In this document: piece after piece, positions 22,240-33,500 of the stretch | Layout: each line of letters starts with the position of its first letter | Position numbering within the stretch: position 1 is the stretch's first letter | NCBI GenBank assembly: GCA_047617785.1 | Contig: JBLGBK010000002.1 | Coordinates: 1 to 64,000, forward strand | Source: Colwellia polaris | GTDB lineage: Archaea; Nanohalarchaeota; Nanosalinia; Nanosalinales; Nanosalinaceae | DNA: 64,000 nucleotides | Direction of reading: 5' to 3' | Notes under the pieces: model-generated | The model's database searches: none | What the model saw: the letters and a program-made list of their open reading frames with translations, nothing else | What the model was told of the DNA's origin: nothing | Program-made: the position numbers and the translations under genes

Positions 22240-23184
22240 TCAAATCCAGATTCCCGCTATCTTTGCAACTGCAAAGCCAAGTACTATAGCGAGTATAAAC
22301 GCGCCAGTCCATGCTGCTACAGTTCTTGAAACTTTCTTTTTGTCAAAGTTGGATCTGCCTTCCACCATTCCTGAACCTATAACTGAGGCTATAATCGCTT
22401 CATTAAATGAAATCGGTACACCGAACTGTATTCCGATCTGTGCCAAGAAAGCTGCTGATAAAAGCGCGGCAATTGATCTTCGAGGTCCCATGTTCGCGTA
22501 GTCCACAGATACCGCCTTAATTATTCGTGGAGAATACATCCAACTTCCGATAAGTATTGCAAATCCTCCAAGCAGAAGCAATGCAGTCATCGATAGATCA
22601 AGCGATGTTAAAGGTCCTACTGCCAACCCTACTGAACCTGCTCCCGCAGTATATGCCATGTACGAACCTGAAGCAAGCATCAGCCATTTCAACAAGTTTT
22701 CAGATCCTTCTTCAGGAATGTACTTCTGAAGAGTTCTTGCTATTAGGTAGCCGAGACCTGCTGCCGGGAAAGGTATTAGGAGCCAGTAAAGCATTATCTT
22801 ACCCATCACTGCAGATGATATAGCGTAGTTAAATCCAATCCCAACCCCAAGAACCGCTCCTACAAGAGTGAAAGCAGTTGGCATCGGGTAATCGGTTAAA
22901 ACACTTGTAATAACTAGCGCACTCCCTATGAAAAGTACCATTACTGCCTCAACTACTGCCAGTTCGGCGCCTAGAATTCCACTTCCTACAGTACCGGTTA
23001 CGTTTGCTCCCTGTACAACCGATCCGATAAATGCGAATATCCCTGCTAGAAGTGCGGAACGCAGTATTGTTGCAGTTCCCGAAGAATTAACCGGCCCAAA
23101 GGCTGGTGCAACACTAGAAGCTCCTATCGATATGCCCATAAACATTGCGCCGATTATCGCCAGCGCAAATATGATGTCCAACAT
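22240..23184 (-). CDS. Inorganic phosphate transporter (PiT) family protein
   Basis: IGASSVAPAFG and GAGSVGLAVG (degenerate GAND motifs), GVPIS, about 10 TM. Confidence 0.85.
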   Translation of the reverse strand: MLDIIFALAIIGAMFMGISIGASSVAPAFGPVNSSGTATILRSALLAGIFAFIGSVVQGANVTGTVGSGILGAELAVVEAVMVLFIGSALVITSVLTDYPMPTAFTLVGAVLGVGIGFNYAISSAVMGKIMLYWLLIPFPAAGLGYLIARTLQKYIPEEGSENLLKWLMLASGSYMAYTAGAGSVGLAVGPLTSLDLSMTALLLLGGFAILIGSWMYSPRIIKAVSVDYANMGPRRSIAALLSAAFLAQIGIQFGVPISFNEAIIASVIGSGMVEGRSNFDKKKVSRTVAAWTGAFILAIVLGFAVAKIAGIWI

Positions 23185-23741
23185 TAGTTTTCTCTAAACC
23201 TCTCTTTCAGGTTCTCTCGAGCCTCATCCTTTGTAACGCTGACATCCATCTGGTATTCGCCTTTCTTCGAACTCCTCATATCTACCGCCAGATCCTGTGT
23301 ATCGTAGAAATAAGGATTAAAACGGAGCATAAAGCTGCGGTACATTCTCTGTTCTACACTCCGCATGTAGGAGGCTGATTTCATGACTATACCGCCTACA
23401 AAATGACGAATACCTTCTCTGAAATTATTTCTAGGTGACTCAAAGTTGGCTGCTTTCTCTCCAGCCCTGGCTAGCTCTTTTCCTGCTTTCTCTGTTTCAT
23501 TTACTATAGAAACATCTTCGCGCGGTACTTTTATAGCAGCTTTTTCTGCTGTTTTCTTCTTGATATCTTGTTCAGTTTCTTCTTCACGCGGCCGCCATTC
23601 GTTGTATTCTTTTACTTCAGATTCATCTAAATCGGAGTCTTTAACTGCATCTTCAACTTCACGGGCGAATTCTGCGATCTCATCCCAGTCTCCTTTTTTC
23701 TTGACTCCAGAATTTGTTTCCCGCGGTTCTTTACGTGACAT
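23184..23741 (-). CDS. Haloarchaeal DUF5828-like protein
   Basis: GDWDEI, EWRP, KTAEKA, PYFYD motifs recalled from this family; coupled to the PiT gene. Confidence 0.6.
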   Translation of the reverse strand: MSRKEPRETNSGVKKKGDWDEIAEFAREVEDAVKDSDLDESEVKEYNEWRPREEETEQDIKKKTAEKAAIKVPREDVSIVNETEKAGKELARAGEKAANFESPRNNFREGIRHFVGGIVMKSASYMRSVEQRMYRSFMLRFNPYFYDTQDLAVDMRSSKKGEYQMDVSVTKDEARENLKERFREN

Positions 23742-23790
23742 AAGCCACCTTGTAATACAGTGAATAGGCTTACCTGCTTAAAAAAGGTTT

Positions 23791-24531
23791 CTACTTGTCT
23801 AGAAGAGACTTTATCTCGTTTTTCAGATCTCCTTTGACCAGATCAATAGATCTTTCGCCATCAATAATTTTCCACCCTTCATAATCAGCTACTTTCCGGC
23901 CGTTCAGATTTGATTTCTTCATGTAAGAATCGTTAAGCTCGTGAATATCCTTGTCTTTGCCATCCATCCTTCTGAGAGCTTCTTCTGGACTTATATCCAG
24001 GTAGAAAACCTTGTCTGCATCCGGTAGATCGGCATCGATACTTTTGATATATGCAAGTTTCTTCTCCCATTCATCTTCAAATCCTACCAATTGATGGATA
24101 AGGTTAGCTTCTCTGTAGCGGTCGCAGACTATTATACCTCCTTTTTCCAGGTATTCAGCGATAAGTTCTTTGAACTGTTTCCTGTCAGCAGCGTAGATAT
24201 CTACTATAGTTTCCATCTCTAGGTTATCTCTGTTTCCAAGATCTCCGTTCAAGTATGCTTTGACTACGCGCCCTCCCGGCGTCTGACGGTAAGTAGGGAA
24301 TGATAGCTGCCACACGCCTTCTTTAATACTGTCCTCAACTTTCGGTTCGTTTTCCGGATCAGGGTAGCGGCCAGGCATTTTCTGGATTATTTTCTGTTCA
24401 ACAGTTGTGTTAATTTCCGAAAAGTCGGATTTACGTAGCCATTCTACCATGTTAGCTGCTTGTGTTTGTTTTCCTGAGGCATCAGGTCCCTCTATAACTA
24501 CAAATTTTCCGGAGCGTTCTTCAGTTCCCAC
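23791..24531 (-). CDS. tmk: Thymidylate kinase
   Basis: IEGPDASGKQTQ, SFP, YAADR, CDRY, FYLDISP, IDGERS. Confidence 0.92.
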   Translation of the reverse strand: MGTEERSGKFVVIEGPDASGKQTQAANMVEWLRKSDFSEINTTVEQKIIQKMPGRYPDPENEPKVEDSIKEGVWQLSFPTYRQTPGGRVVKAYLNGDLGNRDNLEMETIVDIYAADRKQFKELIAEYLEKGGIIVCDRYREANLIHQLVGFEDEWEKKLAYIKSIDADLPDADKVFYLDISPEEALRRMDGKDKDIHELNDSYMKKSNLNGRKVADYEGWKIIDGERSIDLVKGDLKNEIKSLLDK

Positions 24532-24603
24532 ACAGAATCTTGAGTTTTGAATTGTTTTGTATCTTGCCGCGAGCTTTTAACCTTCACGCGTTAATTAATC
24601 TTT

Positions 24604-25257
24604 ATGTTTCAAGACGGAGAGCTGAAGAGCCTTGGAATCGCAACAGGTTTGATAGCACTTAACATCATGGTAATGTGGATTTTCGCAGCCACACCACTAT
24701 CCACAATAAATAATATCCTATTTGGAGGTTTCTTCATAGTGGGAGTTATAGTCTACGGAATTATGCTCTCCGGCGGCCTTTATCTCGCCAGAAGAGGTAT
24801 TAAAAACGAAAACACAGGTTTAGCAATTGTCGGCACTGGTTTAATACAGCTAGCATACGGCATTTTCGGAGCAGGAATCATAAGCATACTTGTATCACCA
24901 GCTATGCAAGGAATCGCAATAGCAGCTACAGGAGTGCTCTCTGTACTGATAGCAGTCTTCTCAGGGATACTAGTATATGGGACAGATTACGATTTCTCAG
25001 CCTGGGGAAGATATGCCAACTACCTATTTCTCGGAGTACTGGGAATCTCTTTCATCGGAAGCTTCTCATCAATATTTACGCTGGTAGCTTTCACTCTGGC
25101 ACTAATCGGGTTCATAGTCTACCTTATTCACCAAATCTATATGGTAAAGACACAGCCAGGGAGACCATTCCTCAATGGTATTGGACTTTATACCGCATTC
25201 ATGGGAGTTTTCGTTGAAATCTTGCAGCTAGTCGTAAGAATGCTGGCAGATGAGTAA
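24604..25257 (+). CDS. 7-TM membrane protein, Bax inhibitor-1/YccA-like
   Basis: Seven hydrophobic helices; C-terminal GIGLYTAFMGVFVEILQL. Confidence 0.65.
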   Translation: MFQDGELKSLGIATGLIALNIMVMWIFAATPLSTINNILFGGFFIVGVIVYGIMLSGGLYLARRGIKNENTGLAIVGTGLIQLAYGIFGAGIISILVSPAMQGIAIAATGVLSVLIAVFSGILVYGTDYDFSAWGRYANYLFLGVLGISFIGSFSSIFTLVAFTLALIGFIVYLIHQIYMVKTQPGRPFLNGIGLYTAFMGVFVEILQLVVRMLADE

Positions 25258-25339
25258 AAAATCTAATTTTTTCTCCCAATCACCTTTAGATAAATAACCA
25301 GGGTAAAGTATAGGAGAGTTGATAGGCAAAAATTATTCT

Positions 25340-26602
25340 ATGGAAAATAAGGATCTCTCCGAAGCCGACCCCGAAGTCCACAAAGCCCTGAAAAACGAGA
25401 TAGAGAGGCAAGAAAGCGAGTCTCTGGAAATGATAGCCTCCGAGAACTTCATACCAAAACAGATTCTTCAGGCACAAGGATCGGTTCTTACTAACAAATA
25501 CGCAGAAGGATATCCGGGAAAAAGATACTACGCAGGCTGTGAATACCACGATAAAGTGGAAAACTTGGCACGAGAAAGAGCATGCGAAATATTCAATGCA
25601 GATCACGCTAACGTCCAGCCACACTCAGGTAGCCAGGCAAACTTCGCTGCTTACTTCTCAGTTCTGGAAGCCGGAGACAAGATCCTAGGTCCTGTACTCT
25701 CTCATGGCGGACATCTGACGCATGGCCACGGAGTTAACTTCTCAGGCGACCTCTTTGACTTCGCTACCTATGGCCTGAACAAGGAGACAGAAAGATTCGA
25801 GAAAGAAGATGTCATGGATGCAGCAAAAAAACACAATCCTGATCTGATTGTATGCGGCTACTCTGCCTATCCACGAGAAATCGACTTTGAAATGTTCAGA
25901 GATGTAGCAGATGAAGTCGACGCACTCCTCATGTGCGATATAGCTCATATCTCAGGTCTCGTAGCAGCAAGCGAACACGAGAGTCCGTTCCCACAGTGCG
26001 ATATAGTCACAACTACAACACACAAATCCATCAGAGGTGCAAGAGGAGGACTGATCTTATGTAAGGACGAATTTGCTGACGACGTTGATTCAGCAGTATT
26101 TCCATACAGCCAAGGAGGTCCATTGATGCACCAGATCGCTGGCAAAGCAGTATGCCTTAATGAAGCACAAAAAGAAGATTTCAAAGACTACGCAGCGCAG
26201 ATCAAGAATAATACCAAAGCACTAGCAGAAGGCTTAAGAAGCGAAGGATTAAATATGGTTTCCGGCGGTACCGACAATCATCTAGTGCTTGTAGATCTAC
26301 AGGAAGAAGATACCACTGGCAAAGAGGCAGAAAAATCTCTTGAAGATGCCAATATTGTAGTAAACAAGAACGCCGTACCTTACGATCCTGAACCGCCGAT
26401 GGTCACCTCAGGAATACGAATTGGAACACCAGCATTGACTACTCGAGGTATGGAAGAAGCAGAGCTTGAGGAGATAGGAGAGATGATCGGGCAAGTAGTG
26501 AAGAATCCGAAAGATGACGATATTAAAGACCGTGTTAGAGATAGAGTCTCCGAATTACTAGACGATTTTCCTCTGTATGAATTTTCAGATGTAGAAATCT
26601 AG
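25340..26602 (+). CDS. glyA: Serine hydroxymethyltransferase
   Basis: MIASEN, NKYAEGYPGKRYYAG, NVQPHSGSQAN, GGHLTH, TTTTHKS, GIRIGTPA. Confidence 0.97.
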   Translation: MENKDLSEADPEVHKALKNEIERQESESLEMIASENFIPKQILQAQGSVLTNKYAEGYPGKRYYAGCEYHDKVENLARERACEIFNADHANVQPHSGSQANFAAYFSVLEAGDKILGPVLSHGGHLTHGHGVNFSGDLFDFATYGLNKETERFEKEDVMDAAKKHNPDLIVCGYSAYPREIDFEMFRDVADEVDALLMCDIAHISGLVAASEHESPFPQCDIVTTTTHKSIRGARGGLILCKDEFADDVDSAVFPYSQGGPLMHQIAGKAVCLNEAQKEDFKDYAAQIKNNTKALAEGLRSEGLNMVSGGTDNHLVLVDLQEEDTTGKEAEKSLEDANIVVNKNAVPYDPEPPMVTSGIRIGTPALTTRGMEEAELEEIGEMIGQVVKNPKDDDIKDRVRDRVSELLDDFPLYEFSDVEI

Positions 26603-26721
26603 AAATAGGGCTTCAGAAACTCAATTTTCTCTATTTACCTGCTTTTATCTTCTTATCGAACTCGGATTTTTGATGTTGGAACCACTCTCAAAATATAAAA
26701 TAACTCCTCTCAAATCCGTGC

Positions 26722-28416
26722 TTGGAGGGGAAAGAATTTTTGACAGACTTTTCTGAAAGAGAGGAAAAAGCACTTTCAAACTTTGTAACTGATACAGAAT
26801 CGGATATTTACGCGGTGAAAAACCTGAGCCCAGAGATATTCGGTGCTTTCGGCTCATTCTTCTCCAGAAGTCCGAAAGACGTTAGAGAACACCTTGTAGA
26901 TGCTATAAAGGGAGAAGTCCGTGGCCATGAAATCGAAGGTGGCGATGAACGCGTTGAGAAACTTGCAAATACTGCTGAAGGCGAAGGCGAAAGATTCGAT
27001 CACCCTCAAAATGCTCTAGAAGCCGGTCTTGAGAAAGCTCAGAGTTTCTTCAATAAGTATTACGGAACATACGGTCATAAATCGATCGCTAATACTGTAT
27101 GGATACCTTTTGTAGCGAATGACGTTAGCCAATTGTTTGCTAGGAAGCTTGCAGAGGATCAGTTAGCCTTCTTCATCGAGCAGTCAACTCGTTACGTTGA
27201 ATTTGATAAGGAGAACTACTACAAGGATCCTGACTTAATGGAAAGCAAGCACAGAGATACATACACAGATACAATCGAACATATGACAGAAAACTATGAA
27301 GAATTTACAGAGATAGCTAAAGAATACTACATGAATAAACATCCGTTCGAAGAATGGATTAAAAAGCAGTCCGAAGAAGTTCAGAAGAAATCAGATAGCT
27401 ATCTGGAACGCAAATATGAAAGAGAGATTGATGGAAAAGCATTAGATATCGCCCGATTCCTACTCCCACAGGCCATCCAAACAAACATTGCCTGGGCCTT
27501 GGATGCGCGAAGCACCGAGTTCGATATCGCTTCATGGAAAGCAAGTCCTTTAGCCGAGATACAAAACTCAGCGGAGAAAATCGAGGAAGCAGGGGGCGAT
27601 ATTGCTCCTTCACTTTTGAAGTATACTGATGAAAGCGAGTATCGAAGCGACAAGCTCAACCTGTATAACAGCGACTTTGATGTAGAAAATAGCGAGAAAA
27701 TCAGGAAAGGAGTAGAGATAATTTCAAAACCAGAGGATATGCTGGAAAAAGTTATAGCTCATATTCTGAAGGAGAACAACTCTCTCAAGTTCTCGGATGC
27801 TCTGGAGAAATCTGAAGACATGAGTTATCAAGAAAAAGTAGAGATTCTTGAGAGAAAAGTTGAGAAACGTGAAGAATACGATGAATGGATTGGCGCCAAT
27901 GAAGAACTGGATATTGAGAAATTGACTTTCGAAATCAAAACCGATATCGGTGCCTTAAGAGACCTGAGAAGACATCAAAAGAACGACCGAGGCGAGAATA
28001 TCTACAGTCTAGATATGGGCTACTACCGACCGGACATAGTCGACGATATGCCGGAGAGAGCTCAAGAACTATTTGAAGACACCATGGCTATATCAAATGA
28101 AGCCGAGAAACAAATTCGGAGCGATTTCCCTCTTCAGGCTCAATACGTTCTTCCTATGGCAACTATGACAACTATCACAATGAGCATGGGTCTTGACCAG
28201 CTGCAATATTTCGTTAACCTGCGCTCCACGCCTGAAGGCAACTTCTCATATAGAATAGATGCACTAAATCTAGCAGAGGAAGTGGCAAAGGAGCTACCAT
28301 GGCTTCTCGGATATAAGAAGTACCCAGAAGAGAAAAACATACAGGAAGCATACAATGAAGCACCTCTGAAAGACTTTATGGAGATCCAGACGGAAGACAC
28401 TGGCTTCCACTCATAG
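26722..28416 (+). CDS. thyX: FAD-dependent thymidylate synthase, tandem two-domain form
   Basis: YGHKSIA, EQSTRY and ARFLLP in domain 1; RDLRRHQ, AQYVLP and FVNLRS in domain 2. Confidence 0.88.
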   Translation: MEGKEFLTDFSEREEKALSNFVTDTESDIYAVKNLSPEIFGAFGSFFSRSPKDVREHLVDAIKGEVRGHEIEGGDERVEKLANTAEGEGERFDHPQNALEAGLEKAQSFFNKYYGTYGHKSIANTVWIPFVANDVSQLFARKLAEDQLAFFIEQSTRYVEFDKENYYKDPDLMESKHRDTYTDTIEHMTENYEEFTEIAKEYYMNKHPFEEWIKKQSEEVQKKSDSYLERKYEREIDGKALDIARFLLPQAIQTNIAWALDARSTEFDIASWKASPLAEIQNSAEKIEEAGGDIAPSLLKYTDESEYRSDKLNLYNSDFDVENSEKIRKGVEIISKPEDMLEKVIAHILKENNSLKFSDALEKSEDMSYQEKVEILERKVEKREEYDEWIGANEELDIEKLTFEIKTDIGALRDLRRHQKNDRGENIYSLDMGYYRPDIVDDMPERAQELFEDTMAISNEAEKQIRSDFPLQAQYVLPMATMTTITMSMGLDQLQYFVNLRSTPEGNFSYRIDALNLAEEVAKELPWLLGYKKYPEEKNIQEAYNEAPLKDFMEIQTEDTGFHS

Positions 28417-28442
28417 TTATATTGCCGATCAGGAACTAAAAA

Positions 28443-29219
28443 TTGAAAAGACCCGAGACCTCGTTTTTTATCGTGCAGCTTCCGCACATATTCAAGTCGA
28501 GAGAGAAAGAGAAGAAGTTTCTGAAATGGATTTTCATAATAGCAATAATTTTCTCCACATCATACTTTCTAACTGAGCCATATCATTACTTAATGTACAA
28601 CGTAGAGGCGATGAGAGACTTTATACAGAGCTTTGGAGTATTTGCGCCTCTAGTCCTGATCTTTTTACAGGTCAGCCAGGTGATTGTAGCGCCTATTCCC
28701 GGCCCTGTTGTAGGAGCCGCAGCAGGATATGCATTTGGAGTTTTCTGGGGTACAATATACGGATTTATCGGGCTAGCAATCGGAAGCAGCCTCGCAATAC
28801 TTTTCGCAAAACGTTACGGTCGACCTTTTGTCGAAGATATAGTAGCAGACGAAACTATGGATAAGTTCGACTATCTGGCAGAGGAGCACGGCTTTCTACC
28901 CTTCTTCCTGCTCTTCCTGCTTCCAGGATTCCCTGACGATGCTATATGCTTTATTGCAGGGCTAACAGATATTGATACAAAGAAACTGCTCCTCATGGCA
29001 AGCTTTGGAAGAGTGCCTGGTTTATTATCACTGACCGTTTTCGGCAACAGCCTTGCCATTGGAAACATGTCTATAATGATCCTAACAGGCGCTATAGTTA
29101 TTTTAGTTAGTGCTGGCGCATGGTATATGAGAGAAAACGTAGTACAGCCAGGAGAAAAAATCAGGAACCCTCTAAAAGCCATCAAAAAGAAGTTGTACAG
29201 CTGGAAAGAACAGGCTTAA
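28443..29219 (+). CDS. TVP38/TMEM64 (DedA/VTT) membrane protein; true start may be downstream
   Basis: APIPG, AGYAFG..WG, KRYGRPFV, LLPGFPDDAICFIAGL. Confidence 0.9.
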   Translation: MKRPETSFFIVQLPHIFKSREKEKKFLKWIFIIAIIFSTSYFLTEPYHYLMYNVEAMRDFIQSFGVFAPLVLIFLQVSQVIVAPIPGPVVGAAAGYAFGVFWGTIYGFIGLAIGSSLAILFAKRYGRPFVEDIVADETMDKFDYLAEEHGFLPFFLLFLLPGFPDDAICFIAGLTDIDTKKLLLMASFGRVPGLLSLTVFGNSLAIGNMSIMILTGAIVILVSAGAWYMRENVVQPGEKIRNPLKAIKKKLYSWKEQA

Positions 29220-29530
29220 AGAGCTGAAGCGAAAGATTCTGCTTTCAACTCTTTAGGCTTGATTTTCTCAGGAATATCAAGTTCCGCCACCGAGCTATCA
29301 TCGTGATAGATCTTTTTGACTGTTTTCCTCGCCACACCGTAGGAGCCTTGTCCAACAATCTCCTTGTAAATCTCAACCAAGTCCGTTACTGTTTCTGAGT
29401 TGATTTCACCCGATACTTCGGCTTTTACTACTTCTAAGCCTTCAACCTTCCCTGCTTGAGTGTAGGCTACATCTCCAAGCATATCCTGATAACCTTCTAT
29501 CAGCCGTTTTACAAGTTCTTTGTAGTCCAT
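29216..29530 (-). CDS. Small helical cytoplasmic protein, co-oriented with the membrane-protein gene upstream
   Basis: 104 aa; two similar LI/LV..Y..M/I.G motifs; 8 nt downstream of the membrane-protein gene. Confidence 0.7.
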   Translation of the reverse strand: MDYKELVKRLIEGYQDMLGDVAYTQAGKVEGLEVVKAEVSGEINSETVTDLVEIYKEIVGQGSYGVARKTVKKIYHDDSSVAELDIPEKIKPKELKAESFASAL

Positions 29531-29538
29531 TTGACTTT

Positions 29539-30228
29539 TTAATCTCCTATAAGACTTTCATATTTTGCTTGGATTTTGTTCCAGTAAGCTACGGAAACAA
29601 ATATGGATATCCACACAAGATTAGTTATTTCTCCGGCAATCATATACCCCATATTGTTGAGAATAGATGCAACCACCAAACAAAGAACTGTTCCTAAGCC
29701 AATTAAAGAAAGCTTCTTCCTCGTCTCTCCTTCCGTAATATATGCAGAGTAGAAGCTGCTTCCTGCTATAAATAATGCAGATATGGCCATACCCGCAGGA
29801 ATCAACATACTCAGTCCAGATTCACCATAATCAAAACCTCCAGATGCCGCAATAGCAACTTCCGGCATATTCAATATTCCGTAAATGCCTATAAAGACGC
29901 CATAGGCGACGAAAACCCAGAAAAGATTCTGGAAACGAGGAAAGTTAATACTGCTCTGCACCTTCCATAAGTATCCTACAGCCGTAAAAGCAAATATATG
30001 CGGTATTACATAGGCTAGAGACATTATCATATTGTTTCCTAGATAATATCCAACGCCTAGACCGGTCGCCATCAAACCAAAGAAAGGTATAGACCACGTC
30101 AAGAAGAATAAATAGAAATTCTTGAGCATTTCAACTTCTTTTTCTTGGTATTTTCTGTAGATAGCATAAAAACACATGAAAATCAATGCAGCCCAAAAGA
30201 GATGGCTGTATACAAGTAGAGGGAACAT
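29539..30228 (-). CDS. About 7-TM membrane protein, sensor/receptor-like, divergent from the giant adhesin
   Basis: Seven hydrophobic segments with RKKLSLIGLG before TM6; start placed at ATG 30228. Confidence 0.7.
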   Translation of the reverse strand: MFPLLVYSHLFWAALIFMCFYAIYRKYQEKEVEMLKNFYLFFLTWSIPFFGLMATGLGVGYYLGNNMIMSLAYVIPHIFAFTAVGYLWKVQSSINFPRFQNLFWVFVAYGVFIGIYGILNMPEVAIAASGGFDYGESGLSMLIPAGMAISALFIAGSSFYSAYITEGETRKKLSLIGLGTVLCLVVASILNNMGYMIAGEITNLVWISIFVSVAYWNKIQAKYESLIGD

Positions 30229-30533
30229 ATGAAACCATTTACAGACGTTAATTAAATTAATTTCTAGTACAAAAATCAAAATTGTAAAATTAGGCAGGGA
30301 AAAAATTTTACGAAGACTTACTGCCAGAAATAGAGGATGCGATAAAACATGAATGACGGAACTGAACGAAATAAGAACAGCTGACTTTTGAGGTATTTTG
30401 CTTCATTTATTAGCCACAACAGAACTGTTTTATCAACCTATTTTAATGAGAAACCCGCATCTTTGTCCATGATTGCAGCCTTTAAAATCAGTATTAGCCC
30501 TTTTAACAAACTAAAAAACACGGCAGGTTCTAG

Positions 30534-33500
30534 ATGAAGGAGAAAAAAAGCCTAATTATAGCCCTGACCGGCATACTTATCATTCCTTTAGCCTTGACTG
30601 CTTCAACAACTCTATCTAAGCAATCAGACTGGCAAGAAGGAGTATTTAAACAATCTACAGTCGACAGAGAGGATAATTCAGGCATTCTAGGGATAGGATA
30701 CGAAAATGGGACCTTGGAAGACCGTCTGAAAGGTTTCTGGAGACTAGACAAAACAACAGGCGATGTCATAGATTACTCTGAAGAAGGAAACAGTGGAGAG
30801 GCATACGGAGCTGATAGAAGTACAGAAGGAATACTTGGAACAAAGGGAACCCGTTTTGAAGGTAGTGCAGATGAAATAGTAATACCCGACGACTCGTCAC
30901 TGGACCTGAGCGAAGGATTCACTATCAACACCTGGGTGCAGGGAAATGAGATACTCGAAGTCGAGCCTTCTATGAGCAGCAACCCTGAAATATTCAGCAA
31001 AGGGAATTCCTACCGCCTTACAATCCAGAACGAAAATTACATAGCTTTCTCACAGAATTCTAACCTCAAACTAATGAACTCAACTGGTCACATAACTAAC
31101 CTCGGAGTCGACACCAAGGTCATAGGACCTCTATCAGACTATGACCGGGACGGATTAATTGACATACCTTATGTGGACGGTTCAGGCAACCTTAAAATAA
31201 TCAACAAGAACGGAAACACACAGAACCTAGAATCAGGAGCTAAGACTTCAAGTTCAACACTAGGAACAGGAGATCTTGACAGGGATGGAAGGAAAGAAAT
31301 TTACTACATCGACTCGTCTACCTCCGAAATCACAGGTTACAACTTCTCTTCAGGCACATCATCCCCAGTAGGAGCCGGAATAAAGAGTACAGCTATCTCA
31401 GGAGTTGCAGACTACGATGGAGATGGAAACAAAGATCTCGTCTTCCTTGACTCAGCGCAAACAATCAACTGGTACGATGGATCATCCGTACAGAGTACCG
31501 GTCTATCGATCGCAGGATCAAGCAGCTATCAGTACTGGATAGGCGGAACAACAGGGCCCGGAGTAGGAAAATATGCAAGCTCATGGACAGACCTCTCAGG
31601 AGAAGCAAATTCACCAACAAACAGCATTTACTCAGGAACTTATAACGGAAAGGCCTATTACCTAGGAGGTGGAAGCGGAGAAGTAACACGATGGGACGGC
31701 AGCTTCACAGATATCAGTCCAAGCTCAAGCAACAGTATAAATGCCATTTCATCAAGATCCTCTGAGGTAATGGCTGTAGCAGGAACAGATATTTTTCTAT
31801 ACGACACAAGTCAGGGGAGCTGGACACAGCCAACAACAGTAGACGCATCTGTAGATTCAGCTTCGAACTCTTACAGCAGTACAAATATTGGCGATTTCTG
31901 GCTTCTAGGACATGGAAGGACGAATCAACCTGGCGGAGTAAAATCTTATGTCAGCACCTTCGACGGCAGTACTGTCAATTACATAGACGGGGGATTCAGC
32001 AGCACAGTTACCGCGATCGACTTCAATGGAAATAAATATCTGACAGGGAGCAACAACGGGAGGTTGGCAACATATGACGGAACAAACTGGAATCAAATTA
32101 ACCAGAATAGTATAGGAACAGTTCATTCTATCAAGTGGGGAACCATAAACGGCGACTCATTTTGGCTTGTAGGCGGATCAAACGGAAATGTTCTGAAGGT
32201 GCAAGAGGACGGTACCACGACCACACTCAGCACAGGATTTGGGAACTCGGTAAGCTCAATCGGTTACTCTGGAGATAACGAAAAATTCTTGCTAGGAGAT
32301 GGAAACGGCAATGTAGCAAATTACACCTCAAACGGCCTCCAACAGACAAGCCAGAACGTATTCAGCAACTCTATAAGAACAATGATGTACAACCCAGCCT
32401 CATCAAGAAAGAAGATGGGAGAACCTTCAGATCTAGACAACGACGACGAAGTAGAGGTCCCTATTGTAACAGAGGGATCAGACCTGGCTCTCATACCTAG
32501 CTCAGGTTCAACTAACGTAATAGACTCAAGCTACGGAAGTGCAAAGGCTTCACCTCTAGGCACTGTTGACTGGACTGGAAACCCTTCAGAGGAAATCATC
32601 CATATCAACACTAACTCCGACACACTATATCTTTCAGATATCAGCGGTAACGAACAATCAATAACCGACTCAGGAGAGAACCAAGTAACCGGAATAGAAC
32701 AATCAACAGGAATATCCTCAGGCTCGATGCCCCAAGGAATACCTGTCCTCCAGATAAACGGACAGAAAGTACTGAACACCGGGGGTCAACCGCTCAATCC
32801 AGACAACTGGACAATGATAACCGCCAAATATGACGCCTCAACAGAGTCGGCCGAACTTTACTTCAACTCGACACTCATTGACTCAAAGACCGTCAATCTG
32901 GGAACAGTAAACCCGAATTCAAAAGACTTCAAGATAGCCAACGGAAAGCTTAACGCCACCATAGACGAAGTAAGAGTCTATAACGAATCTGTGACTTCAA
33001 GCCAAATAGACCGGCTATTCTTCAACGGAACTGATGGACAGTTCGATGGTGCCTACAACTCTACTATAGTAAATCCTGAAGGAAAGAAATCCTGGAGCCA
33101 ATTTATGATAGATGCCAATGAATCACCTGGTACCTCCGTTTCAGGTACAGTCTACTCTTTAGATGATGCTAATAATATCCTGAATGCCCAATCTATTACT
33201 ATCAATGACGGTAAAACTAACTACAGTATTTCAACTCTCCCAAATTCGAAGAAAATCAAGTTCTCATTCGACGGTTACAGCTCAGATATACAGAAGACCT
33301 GGGAGATTTTTGAGACACGTATATACTATGAAGACTCTCTAAAAGCAGGTAATATCACCAGTAGTGACTACAAAAACAAGCACAAGTTTAACATCTCAGC
33401 TACAGCCCGAGAAGCTGATTCAAACAGCAATATAAACGGATGTTCTGCCTATTATACCACTGATTCTCTCGAAGGTTATTTCGCAGTAGACGGAACGACT

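Noticed and set aside
30335-30390. Second possible C/D sRNA (ATGAATGA...CTGA...CTGA)
   Set aside because: Box C is imperfect, spacing is wrong, and there is no C' box or terminal stem.
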